Origin: Pristiophorus japonicus
Lineage: Eukaryota
Assembly (NCBI RefSeq): GCF_044704955.1
Contig: NC_091980.1
Coordinates: forward strand, 259,966,001 to 260,030,000
DNA: 64,000 nt
Direction of reading: 5' to 3'
A model generated the notes under the pieces. The model was given only the letters and a program-made list of their open reading frames with translations. It was not told the origin of the DNA and made no database searches. Both the position numbers and the translations under genes were made by a program. Below are positions 11,247 through 22,100 of this stretch, piece by piece; position 1 is the stretch's first letter; every line of letters begins with the position of its first letter.

Positions 11247-12860
11247 TTACTCTTCAAATAAATCGTCCTTTAAGTCCGAGGTCTGCCCAGTGGCCAGTTC
11301 CGTCATGCATAGGTTTAAACTATACAAGTCTACTGCACCTGGGCTGGCGTGGTCGTCATCCTCTGCCGTGGGAGTGTTTCGACCAGGGGACTGCTGCAGT
11401 GCTGTTATAAGGTCCGTTATGTCCTCTGCACTGTCCTCGCCTGGTGTTGGTGGTTCCCTCTTTTCATCAGTCGTGTCGGTCTCGGGCTGGTGTGCTTCGA
11501 TCGCTGCGTCACTCCCGGTATTCCGGAGGTGGGGTGTGCTGGGCACTTCGCTGCTCCCGTTCTCCCGGAGCTGGTCTGCGTTGGTTGCTTCTTCGCTCCC
11601 AGTGTTCCGGAGCTCATGTGCGCTGGGCACTTCGCTGCTCGCGGGTTCCTGGAGCGGGGCTGCGCCGGTCACTTCACTGCTCCCGGCTGCCTGTGGCTGT
11701 GGGTTAGCGTATTGCCTTTTGTTTTGGTTGCGGTAGTAAGAAGCTTTTTCTCGTCTTTCCTCATCAGACGAGCTGCCGTCGCTGCTGTCTGACGTGGTTG
11801 TTAGCCGCCTCTTCCCTGTTGTTTCCGCAGGGACCCTTGCTCGCCTGTTCTTATGCTTGCGGGCCTTTTTCTTGACGGTCTCCCATCCCGCTTCATCATC
11901 TGCTGTCTCCTCGTTCCTGGACTCGGTGCACTGGGGGAGAGCTTCACTGCTGGCTGCTGGTGTCTCGCAGCTCGCCGTAGCAGGCTTGTCTTCCTCGCCG
12001 ACTTGTTCCGAGTCCACGGGGGCGGTTGCTTCTTTGCCCCGGGCGTTGATCAGGGGGAGGATGTGGGTCTCCTCTGGAGCGTTGTGTTCCTCAGCTTCCT
12101 CCTCCTCTCGTGCAATGTTCTTTGCTGCCTGCGCATAGCTGAAGTTGCGTTTGGGGCAGTTTTTGTAAAGGTGCCCAGCCAGACTACAGAGGTTGCAGCA
12201 CTTGGTCTCCTTACAGTCCTTTGTCTGGTGGCCTTCGTTCTTGCAGTTTCGGCAGATGACAGTTTTGCAGCTTGCCGCCACCTGGCCTGCCTTCCCGCAG
12301 GTGCCGCACACGTTGGGTTGGCCAGCGTACACCAAGTAGCCCCGACTTCCTCCGATGGCGAAGCTGGAGGGGGGGGGGGGGTGCAGAATGGTTCCGCTGG
12401 CGTCCACCTTCATGGTGACCTGGATCTGGCGCTTGCTGGTCCAAATCCCGTGCAAGTCTTTCAAGTCGCTGCTGTTTCCTGCCCCATCGACATACCTGGC
12501 GAGGAAAGTCAGCACATCAATGTGGGGGTTGTACATCTGCACTGTGATAGTGCATCTTCTCTGTGACGGGAGGGTGAACAGTGGCTCCCAAGTCAGCACT
12601 GAGCGCAGCGGTTCACTTGCCTCCTACAGTCCCTTCAGGAACTTCAGGCAGAGGGTGACGGTTCTGAAGATCACATCGAAGTAACCTCTCTTCGGGAGGT
12701 CCTGCAAGGTGAAGACGTTGGCGACTTTCATGCCACATGTTCCCAGCAGGATTTTCTTCACGATAAGGTCCCAGTTGATCGTTGTCTGTCCATCCACTTC
12801 CTTTACCGTCACTCGGATGGTGTTTCGGACGCCCTGGTTCGCTGCTCGGTTGGCCGCCAT
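11247..12860 (-). pseudogene. Tx1-like ORF1 (zinc-knuckle RNA-binding protein), disrupted near 12600-12625
   Basis: MAANRAANQGVRNTIRV... start at 12860. Knuckles CGTCGKAGQVAASC, CRNCKNEGHQTKDC and CNLCSLAGHLYKNC are followed by a long acidic low-complexity tail in ORF 11247-12599. Confidence 0.85.
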
Positions 12861-13095
12861 CTGGGTTGCAGATTCCTCCTTTCGATGTGTATTTTGGCCG
12901 ATGCCTTCAATCTGTTGTGGTGCCAGTCCGGCACCTAGGTGGGCCTCTGGACCCGCCCAATGGTCGGTCGACATGCAGATTTTCCTCTTCTCTCCAATTG
13001 CCGCTTGGCCCAAGCCAAAAGGCCAGAGCCAGCAAAAGTGGAAAAACGAGTTTCTGCAATCAGTCAATTTGCATATGAATGCCCAATCAACCGAG

Positions 13096-13128
13096 ACTAC
13101 ACTCGATCTTAGCCAAAAGGCCGAGAGC
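13096..13128 (-). ncRNA. U2 snRNA 5' fragment (about nt 4-37) forming the head of the retrotransposon; not a functional U2 gene
   Basis: Minus strand GCTCTCGGCCTTTTGGCTAAGATCGAGTGTAGT versus vertebrate U2 ATCGCTTCTCGGCCTTTTGGCTAAGATCAAGTGTAGT: one deletion and one substitution. The rest of U2 is absent. Confidence 0.88.
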
Positions 13129-13188
13129 CAACAAGCATAACCTCCCTGCTCTTGTATTCTATGCCTCGGCTAACAAACCAAGTGTGAA

Positions 13189-13395
13189 TGTTACTGAGAA
13201 CACTTCACAAAGTAGTGTGTGTAATGAGCAAGTGTGGCCTTAGCTCCTTTATTAAGGTTCCAGAGTGCAGGTACCTCATGGGTGGCCTGTTTATATACTG
13301 TGCTCCCAAGGGATGCTGGGATCTCTTGGGACTCAACAGGTAGGCCCTCTGGTGGTCAGGTGTAATGCAAGTTACAAAGGGTTAAATACATAACA
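13189..13395 (-). mobile_element. Solo LTR-like element (Gypsy-like, inferred)
   Basis: Bounded by TGTTA...TAACA, with minus-strand TATA and AATAAA inside. No clean target-site duplication seen. Confidence 0.6.
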
Positions 13396-13614
13396 TCAAC
13401 ATATTACATGTAATTTCTGCCGAGGAATTCTCTCCCAAAATAGTGTCATCTGGGAATTTGCCCCTTGTGACATTATTTAAATACAGATATAAAATATTGA
13501 AGTGCTGCTGCAGCAATTATTGTATTCCTTTCAATAATTTTGAAATATGGTTTAAGCACTAGTACCTTATATTGAAACACAGTTGAAGCATGTTTAAGTT
13601 TGACTGTTGGCACC

Positions 13615-13932
13615 TCAATGGGCCCAGAAGAGGCGAGGGCCAGCCACACTGCGATTATGTGTGCACGCTAGGTCCGTGCAGCAGAGCTGGTCTCCAGTCG
13701 TCTTGGGTAATCCTTGTCACTGGACCAAGAGCAAGCTCTGTCAAGCCCGTGTGATGGCTGATGTGCAACGGCCACCACACGTTTAAAAAAAATCCACGCA
13801 CAGGCATCTTCCACCCTTCAAGATGTAGTTCGGGCTCTGGAGTATTCGGTCCTTCATTGAAACACCTGTGAACAGATCCCTTTTTGGCATGGAAGCAAGT
13901 CATCCTCGCTTCGAGGGACTGCCTATGATGAT
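13615..13932 (+). mobile_element. Non-autonomous RTE-related element (SINE-like) with RTE 3' tail
   Basis: Ends GGAAGCAAGTCATCCTCGCTTCGAGGGACTGCCTATGATGAT, nearly identical to the tail of the RTE at 33217-33259, with no RT sequence upstream. Confidence 0.65.
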
Positions 13933-15020
13933 AGTTCTCATTATGCTCTCAGCAAACAGTTAATTTAATGAGACACTTGTGTTGACTTTAACTGATGTGC
14001 TGCCTAATATGTGAAGAAAATTACAGTTGGGATGATTATTAGCCATTCCCTTTGGCGGTTCTAGCCACGGTAGATGAATTTTGGTGGCCTGGATGAGCAA
14101 TAAATTGTCATTTTGTCCAGTTTATTTTTTATTCTCAGATGGCAAGGCAAACTTACACCCATCCCAAGATGCACTGAGAAGGTGATGGTGGGCCTTCTTG
14201 GACTGCTGCAGTTCGTGTGGTGATGACGCTCTCAAAATGCTGAGAGGTAAGGAATTCCACAATTATGACCCAGCGACAATGAGGCTCAGTGATATATGTC
14301 CAAGTATGATATGTGATTTGAAGGGGAACGCATGTTTCCATGCACCCGCTGCCCTTTGTTCATCTTAATAGTGGAGATCAGGGTTTTGGGAGGTGTTGCC
14401 AAAGAAGTCATGGTAAGTAGCTGTAGTGGAGCCGGTAGATAGTAAACACTGCTACCAATGGTTTCCTGGTGGTAAAGGAGGAATTTTAGATGCTGATCAA
14501 GTGGACTGCTTTATCTAGGATGGCGTCGAGCTTCTTAAGTGGTGTTGCAGTTGCACCCATCTAGGCAAGTGGAGATTATTTAATTGTCCACCTGTGCCTT
14601 TTAGGGAAATCGAGGTGAGCCATGTGTCACAGAAGACCCACATGACTAGTACAATTGAATTTCTGATCACTGGTGACCCCCAAGATGTTGATGGTGAGGA
14701 ACTTGTCAACATTACTGCCATTGAATATCATGGGGAGTTTGATAGGCTTTCTGGGGTTAATCATTGCTTGACACTTGTATGGTACAAATGTTATTTGCCA
14801 CATATCAACCCAAGTCTGGATGTTGTCCAGGTCTTGGTGTATTCAGGACAGATTGCTTCATTATCTGAGAAATTTTCTTGATGTTTGCAATACCAGTAAT
14901 TTCTGAAGATGTTCATTTTCAGGGTATACTCTTCCTAAATACTTCAATTTCTCCCCCGCCCATCTGAATGAGAAGGAATCTCTTATACCAGATGGAAGTT
15001 CTTCCACTTACATCTGGCTT

Positions 15021-16082
15021 GGATAAATGGGTCCTTTTCGGGTTGGAAATCGGTGGTTAGTGGTGTGCCACAGGGATCGGTGCTGGGACCACAAATGTTT
15101 ACAATATACATGGATGACCTGGAAGAGGGGACAGAGTGTAGTGTAACAAAATTTGCAGATGACACAAAGATTAGTGGGAAGCGGGTTGTGTAGAGGACAC
15201 AGAGAGGCTGCAAAGAGATTTAGATAGGTTAAGCGAATGGGCTAAGGTTTGGCAGATAGAATACAATGTTGGAAAATGTGAGGTCATCCACCTTGGGGAA
15301 AAAAAAAACAGTAAAAGGGAATATTATTTGAATGGGGAGAAATTACAACATGTTGCAGTGCAGAGGGACCTGGGGGTCCTTGTGCATGAATCCCAAAAAG
15401 TTAGTTTGCAGGTGCAGCAGGTAATCGGAAAGGCAAATTAAATGTTGGCCTTCAGTGCGAGAGGGATGGAGTACAAAAGCAGGGAGGTCCTGCTGCAACT
15501 GTATAGGCTATTGGTGAGGCCGCACCTGGAGTACTGCGTGCAGTTTTGGTCAACTTACTTAAGGAAGGATATACTGGCTTTGGAGGGGGTACAGAGACGA
15601 TTCACTAGGCTGATTCCGGAGATGAGGGGGTTACCTTATGATGATAGATTGAGTAGACTGGGTCTTTACTCGTTGGGAGTTCAGAAGGATGAGGGGTGAT
15701 CTTATAGAAACATTTAAAATAATGAAAGGGATAGACTAGAGGCGGAGAGGTTGTTTCCACTGGTCAGGGAGACGAGAACTAGGGGGCACAGCCTCAAAAT
15801 ACAGGGGAGCCAATTTAAAACCGAGTTGAGAAGGAATTTCTTCTCCCAGAGGGTTGTGAATCTGTGGAATTCTCTGCCGAAGGAAGCAGTTGAGGCTAGC
15901 TCATTGAATGTATTCAAATCGCAGATAGATAGATTTTTAACCAATAAGGGAATTAAGGGTTACGGGGAGCGGGCGGGTAAGTGGAGCTGAGTCCACGGCC
16001 AGATCAGCCATGATCTTTTTGAATGGCGGAGCAGGCTCGAGGGGCTAGATGGCCTACTCCTGTTCCTAATTCTTATGTTCTT
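15021..16082 (+). mobile_element. CR1 LINE 3' fragment
   Basis: RT C-terminal motifs (GVPQGSVLGP, KFADDTK, RPHLEYCVQFW) and tail ...TTCTTATGTTCTT. Confidence 0.9.
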
Positions 16083-16860
16083 CTGACTCAGCATGTAGTA
16101 ATTGTATGTGTGGAGACTTGTGGCTGTATAGCTCCATTTTGGTAATGACATCAGGGTGAGCTGTGAGTACATCAGTTTTGTATAATAATTCTGATTGTGA
16201 TGAGCTAGTTTCAGAACTCAGTAAGGTGTAGCACTAGTATTTTAATTAGGATTTTAACATCACAGTTCATTATCTAGCTTGGCCAGTATGATCTGCATTG
16301 GAAGGATTTTTGCTCTTTGGTGGATTAGAGTGTTTGCGGTCTTCTGCCAAATGCGTGAAATCGAATTTATATTGATCATGGAAGACAGTATTTTTGGGGG
16401 TAGGAGCATATCAGCTCAGGATAAAGTAATGCAGTGGTTATGTTACTGGACTAGTAATCCATGGCTGTTTGAGAATTTAAATTCTGTTTCAAAAGTCTCA
16501 ATCCAGTTCCTTGTGGGCATAGGCTCACAATGCAAACTTGCTTCTAATTCAGCACTAATTGGCAATCTCAGTCTGGAAGACCAGTGTAGGGAATGTCACA
16601 GTGCAGCAGAGGCGACTGTTCACCAGAAGTTGTTTTCAACTTTAAAAGCTTAACTTTCTGCAGGGCTATGAAGCAGCTGCTTTTATACATTAGCTAATTA
16701 TTATCCTTACCAGTTTAAGATCACTCTTCAAAATGAGTTCTGACTGATAGGGCAATAAAATTTTTTCCTATAGTTACCAGGAGATGTGATTCAATTACAA
16801 GTATTAAAGTTGGTGTCGGTCATGTCTTCTACTAAAAGGCCCTATGTGCACCTCCTCCTT

Positions 16861-17479
16861 GGGAGTCCTTGTGCATGAAACACAAAAAGTTAAGTATGCA
16901 GGTACAGGAAGTAATCAGGAAGGCAAATGGAATGTTGGCCTTTATTGCAAGGAGGATAGAGTATAAAAGCAGAGAAGTCCTGCTACAACTGTACAGGGTA
17001 TTAGTGAGGTCACACCTAGAGTACTGCATACAATTTTGGTCCCCGTGTTTAAGGAAGGATATACTTGCATTGGAGGCTGTTCAGAGAAGGTTCACTAGGT
17101 TGAGTAGGTTGGGCCTATACACATTGGAGTTCAGAAGAATGAGAGGTGATCTGATCGAAATATATAAGATAATGAGGGGGCGAGACAAGGTGGATGCAGA
17201 GAGGATATCTCCACTCATAGGGGCAACTAAAACTAGTCTCAATAAGGGACTGCCCATTTAAAATTGAGATAAGGAGGTTGTAAATCTATGGAATTCTCTG
17301 CCCCAGAGAGCTGTGTCATTGAATATATTTAAGGCGGAGATAGATAGATTTTTGAGCGATAAGGGAATAAAGGGTTAAGGGGAGCGGGCAGGGAAGTGGA
17401 GCTGAGTCCACGATCAGATCAGCCATGATATTAAATGAAGGAGCCAGATGGCCTACTCGTGCTCCTATTTCTTATGTTC
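16861..17479 (+). mobile_element. CR1 LINE 3' fragment
   Basis: ORF 16869-17261 (KANGMLAFIARRIEYKSREV) plus CR1 tail. Confidence 0.88.
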
Positions 17480-17482
17480 GTA

Positions 17483-17740
17483 AGCACATTGCTGAGAGTC
17501 TGGAGTCACATAGGCCAGACCAGGAAAGGAAGGCAGATTTCCTTCCTTAAAAGGAACCAGATGGGTTTTTACGATAATCCGATAGTTACATAGTCACTAT
17601 TACTGATACTAGCCTTTTATTGCAGACTTAATTAATTAACTGAATTTAAATTCCCCAGCTACCGTGGTGGGATTTGAACCCAGGGTTATTAGTCCAGGCC
17701 TCTGGATTACTAGTCCAATAACATTACCACTATGCTACCG
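17483..17740 (-). mobile_element. tRNA-derived SINE fragment (same family as 56313-56690)
   Basis: Reverse complement matches 56313-56560, including the B-box-like GGTTCAAATCCC. Confidence 0.75.
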
Positions 17741-18861
17741 TTCTCTTAGACTGCCAGCGAATCCAAGGAATCTTAAGAGAAAATGGGCCGAAAATCAAAC
17801 ATGATTTTGATTTTTTTGACAGGAAGTGGTGCCGATATAACTTGTGGTTGAAAAGCTCACATTTAAGAACTGTGCAGAGTTGACAGCGTTGATGGTGAAA
17901 CAAGTCCTTCTATTAGTCAAGTGCAGAGAAGCACTGATTCACGCAAGATCACATGATACAATCATAGTATAACCACAGGTGCTGCTTGAACTAGAAAGTA
18001 CAGAATGTTTGAGGTCTTGAAACTAGGGTCTACTAACTCCATTGAGTAAATTCTCAACCCATCTAAATGACAAGAAGCAACACATTTTACTTTTATAGAA
18101 AATCATTTTTGGTGCTGAAACAAAATTGCAAAAATAATTAAAATGTAAACATTTCCAAGAATTATATCTTGTATTAATATTGGTCTGTCTGGTGTAATTT
18201 TAATGGACACAACACCAAATTATTAAGTTAATTTTTATTAAATATAAATGAAAATGCCACATTCAAGGGAACAAATTTCTTATACATTACAGTCTTGTCA
18301 ATAAAAAAAACAACTGTATACTTCAGGTTTAAACGCTGCTGTAGGAAAGTGAGACACCCAGTGATCTATATACATTGACTGTTGTTGTGCTGCCTTGTAT
18401 AAACTTTAGTTATGCGTGACTTAATCTATATACAGTCTCAAGATCCACTTAAATTTTATTCTTAAAAAAGTATTGCAAGCATTTTTAAACACTAATTTTC
18501 CTGTCAAACAGGCTTAATAAAAGTGTCCCAAGATTACAAAATATAGTACCCGAACTGCTGAACATCATTTCAACTCAAAACTTAAAACGTAAACAGTTTC
18601 AAGTTTCAAGTTTCCTCCCAGCAAGACTGCAATACCCACTTGCTGATTTGGAGTTCATAGTTTGTAGTAGTGTTCTTAAAATGTACATTTTGTTAAATTT
18701 CATCCACCACAGGAGTACACACCGATGCTGGATATGTTGGATAACAGCCGTCGTGTACATTGAGGTCTCTGCTTATCTCTTAAATCAATACAAATTCCTA
18801 ACATTAATACATTTGGGAAATATTCTGCAACCTACCATTTAGTTACAGTATTTCACACTGA

Positions 18862-19114
18862 TCATCTGTTGCGTTGTTGATACTTGTCAAGGAACTCTGA
18901 GTAACAAGTTAACGAACAGAAATAACAGAGAATTGGGGCCTCAGTGCCACCCATGTTGTCCACAAGGACCACAGTATGGGAGACCTGATGCAAATTCAGA
19001 TTTACAACCACTTGAATGAAAGAGTTCAGGCAAGGTCTTCTGCAAAGGCATGTTTTAGTCAAATCCAGATCTTGACATAGATGAGCTGGAAGGATATTTG
19101 GCCCATAAGCAATC
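18862..19114 (-). CDS. LRR1: LRR1 last coding exon
   Basis: Acceptor TAAAG|G, IAYGPNILPAHLCQDL...CYFCSLTCYSEFLDKYQQRNR then TGA. Minus-strand AATAAA signals near 18455 and 18235. Confidence 0.92.
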
Positions 19115-22100
19115 CTTTACAAGAAAAAAAATGCAATTAGTTAAAAAGGTAAGACATTAAAAGATCTAAAGCACATACAAGATGTAAAATAACCAAGTCT
19201 CAGCCATAACTGGACTCCATTCCAGGCCATTTAATTGATGGGTATAATTGACAGTGCATTGAATAAGTCACAAAGTTGAATACAACACTTATTCTAAGCT
19301 TCCACACATTGTTACATGTTTACATAATAGGGTGCAAAGTGCTGCTGAGATAGCAAATTATTGCAGCAACAGATTGTCATTTTTGCTTTCTGTATTTTTT
19401 TAATATATGCAAAAAATGTTACTTTGAAGCAACTCAATATCTGTACCATTTGAATGTCCGATTCCCATCCAAATCATGGGTTTGAATCCAAGCTTTCTCC
19501 AGTATTCAAACTCCCCCGCATTGGTTTGTTGGCACACAGCATTTACCTTGGGCAAGGGAGAAACCAACAATTCTCAATGTAAAAATGCACTTCAAGTTTG
19601 GCAAAGCCTACTAAACTCCTGACTCTGGGAGCTCCAACAGCTTTGTCAGTCAGTGGCATCACAAGGAAGATCCCAGGTCTAGGTTGTGTTAGCTGATCTC
19701 AGCTAGGGTGACATTGCAGACAATTTGTCTCGAGACCCTCAACTTTAACTGATGGAAAGGATGGGTTGGAGGGAGATATGGAAATCAACCAGACTTCTCA
19801 AATCCTAATTGCTGCCCAGTGACTTCTGCTGGAAAATATACATGTGTAAACATCAGCGAGGACAGAAATATGGTCAGCTCTGGTTCCTCCCATAGTTGAA
19901 AGTCAAATTGCTGTCAATCCAATTGGATAGGTATTAGAAAGTTGCTGACATCTATGAAACTATACCTAAAATATATGTCAGCACCTACTGGATGGAATGT
20001 ATTGTGGGAGATATTTGGGAGCAAAATATTAGTGCAGATTCTTCTTCCAAGCTGGAAGGGTTTAAAAAAAACCGTAATAGTAAAATAATCAATTTTGCGC
20101 TGGATTTTAAGTAAAATTCTTTGTTAATTTTTATTCCTGAAGCACCATCCACAGACAAGGCTATTTTGGTGCTTATTTTAAAATTGCCAGTTAAAATAAC
20201 TTCTCTCAAAGTAAATATGCATTTAAAATCAACATTATAGATTGCAGAGAAGTAACAGAATTCTGTGAATCATTCGGCTGCGATTCAACAGGAGAGAGCA
20301 GCTCAAAAGCAATCAGTTATATCTGTAGTTTGATGTGCTCCCTGTGTTGCAATACTGATCATCCTGTACTTGGCCAAGTACAAGGGGAACACATTTATAT
20401 TGTGGTCAGCTTTTACTAAATCTGCAGACTTGAAACCCAGTAATGCTGCTGCTGCTAGGCTAATGGGCAGACCCATTATTAAATGCTGCATCTATTTTAT
20501 TTGTGTGCGTTAAAATCCCTTACCTGTAATTTACCATTGCTCTTGCTGCAATCTCCAACAGGGTCATTGGAATCTGCAGCTGAATTGTCGGAGCCAGAAG
20601 ATTAGGCTGTTCAAAAAGGTTTCCAAATAGATCCACATTCTCAAGGCACAACCTCTGGAAATCACACGGAAGATAAGGCAATTTGTTGCGCGCTGCTGAG
20701 AGGAAGCGCAGTTTAGTTAGCTGTCCAATCTTGTAAGGAAGCTGGAGTAACTCATTGTCATCAAGTTTTAGATTAATGAGTTCATGCAGTTCACAGAACT
20801 GAACAGGCAGTGCACGTAATCTGTTGTGGCTCAAGTCCAAAAACTGCAGTGATTTCTGCAATGTGGAGCTACACAATGCAACACTGAATGTCTCCAAGTG
20901 GTTATTGTGCAAAACAAGTTCAGACAGGCAGGCAAGATCCCCGATGGTAGCTGGAAGTTTGCGTATGTGGTTATTGCTAAGATCCAGCTTCCGCAGTCTT
21001 CTAAGGCAAAGCATACGCATATCCACACGTGCTAGTTTGCAGTAGGACACCTGCAGAAATTCTAGAGAGTAAGGGAAGTTTGTGGTGAGAGGATAATCCT
21101 TTCTGGATGTGATTACCATTTTGGCTTTTGGCTTTTCAACCTCAGAGGTCTTAGCTGGAGCCAGGTTGGACAATGGTATAGTGTCTATTTCACTATCTCG
21201 GTGAGCCAGCCTTAAAGCAGAAAGGAAGTTCTTCAAATTATTGACATCTGCCTGTTAACAACAGAAAACATATTTCAGCACATTATGAAATACCTGTTAA
21301 TGGTTTACATTGCATTGTTATACATAGAAAGTAACCTTTTTTGTTAGGCATTTCCATTTTACCATACGGAGCTGTGCTGTACCAGATAATTATTCTCCCA
21401 GAAAATACAACAGACTCTCACTCTAACATTGCTGACAAGAGTATATCATTTGGGTCTCCCTTATTAGAAAACACAAAGCTACAGCCAACCTTTAAATCAT
21501 CCCTTGCTAGAATGTACTTTCTGTAAAAATGTGCTTCTGTAAAGAGTCAGCTAGAGTAGAATAATTCAACAGTTTCTCATTAGAAGCATGTAACATCAAA
21601 CATATCCAAGTCACAAAAAATGTCAACCACAGCTATTAACATGGGACCAAATGTTCTATACATTTACATGAAGACAATTAAAGTGTAACTGACCTTTACA
21701 CATTCACACTATTTAAGAATAGAATTACTGGTGATCGGTTTAGTATTCATCCTGCTTTAAATAGGTACCAATGAAGCGGGAAGAGGTCCTACAAGCTGAA
21801 TTTAGGAAGCTAGGAGTTAAATTAAAAAGTAGGACCTCAAAGGTAGTAATCTTTGGATTGCTACCAGTGTCACGTGCTAATCAGAGTAGAGGGATCAGGA
21901 TAGTTAGAATAAATATGTGGCTTGAGCAGTGGTGCAAGAGGGAGGGATTCAAATTCCTGGGACATTAGAATAATTTCTAGGGGAAGTGGGACCTGTACAA
22001 AAGGGACAGTCTGCACTTGGGCAGGACCAGAACTGATGTCCTAGGGGTAACAATTGCTAATGCAGTTCGGGAGTGTTTAAACTAATATGGCAGGGGGATG

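Larger units (their letters stand above)
7488..13128 (-). mobile_element. Tx1-group (Keno-like) L1-clade non-LTR retrotransposon, near full length, degraded
   Basis: U2 snRNA-like head at 13096-13128, ORF1 with three CCHC-type knuckles, ORF2 with APE endonuclease (LLFLQE, GGDFN, SRIDFLFV, FFSDH) and RT (GVRQGCPLS, YMDD), 3' UTR with AATAAA near 7512 and short poly(A) at about 7488-7495. Multiple frameshifts and stops. Confidence 0.92.

Noticed and set aside
13096-13128. Functional U2 snRNA gene
   Set aside because: Only about 33 nt match; there is no Sm site, 3' stem-loops or upstream PSE context.
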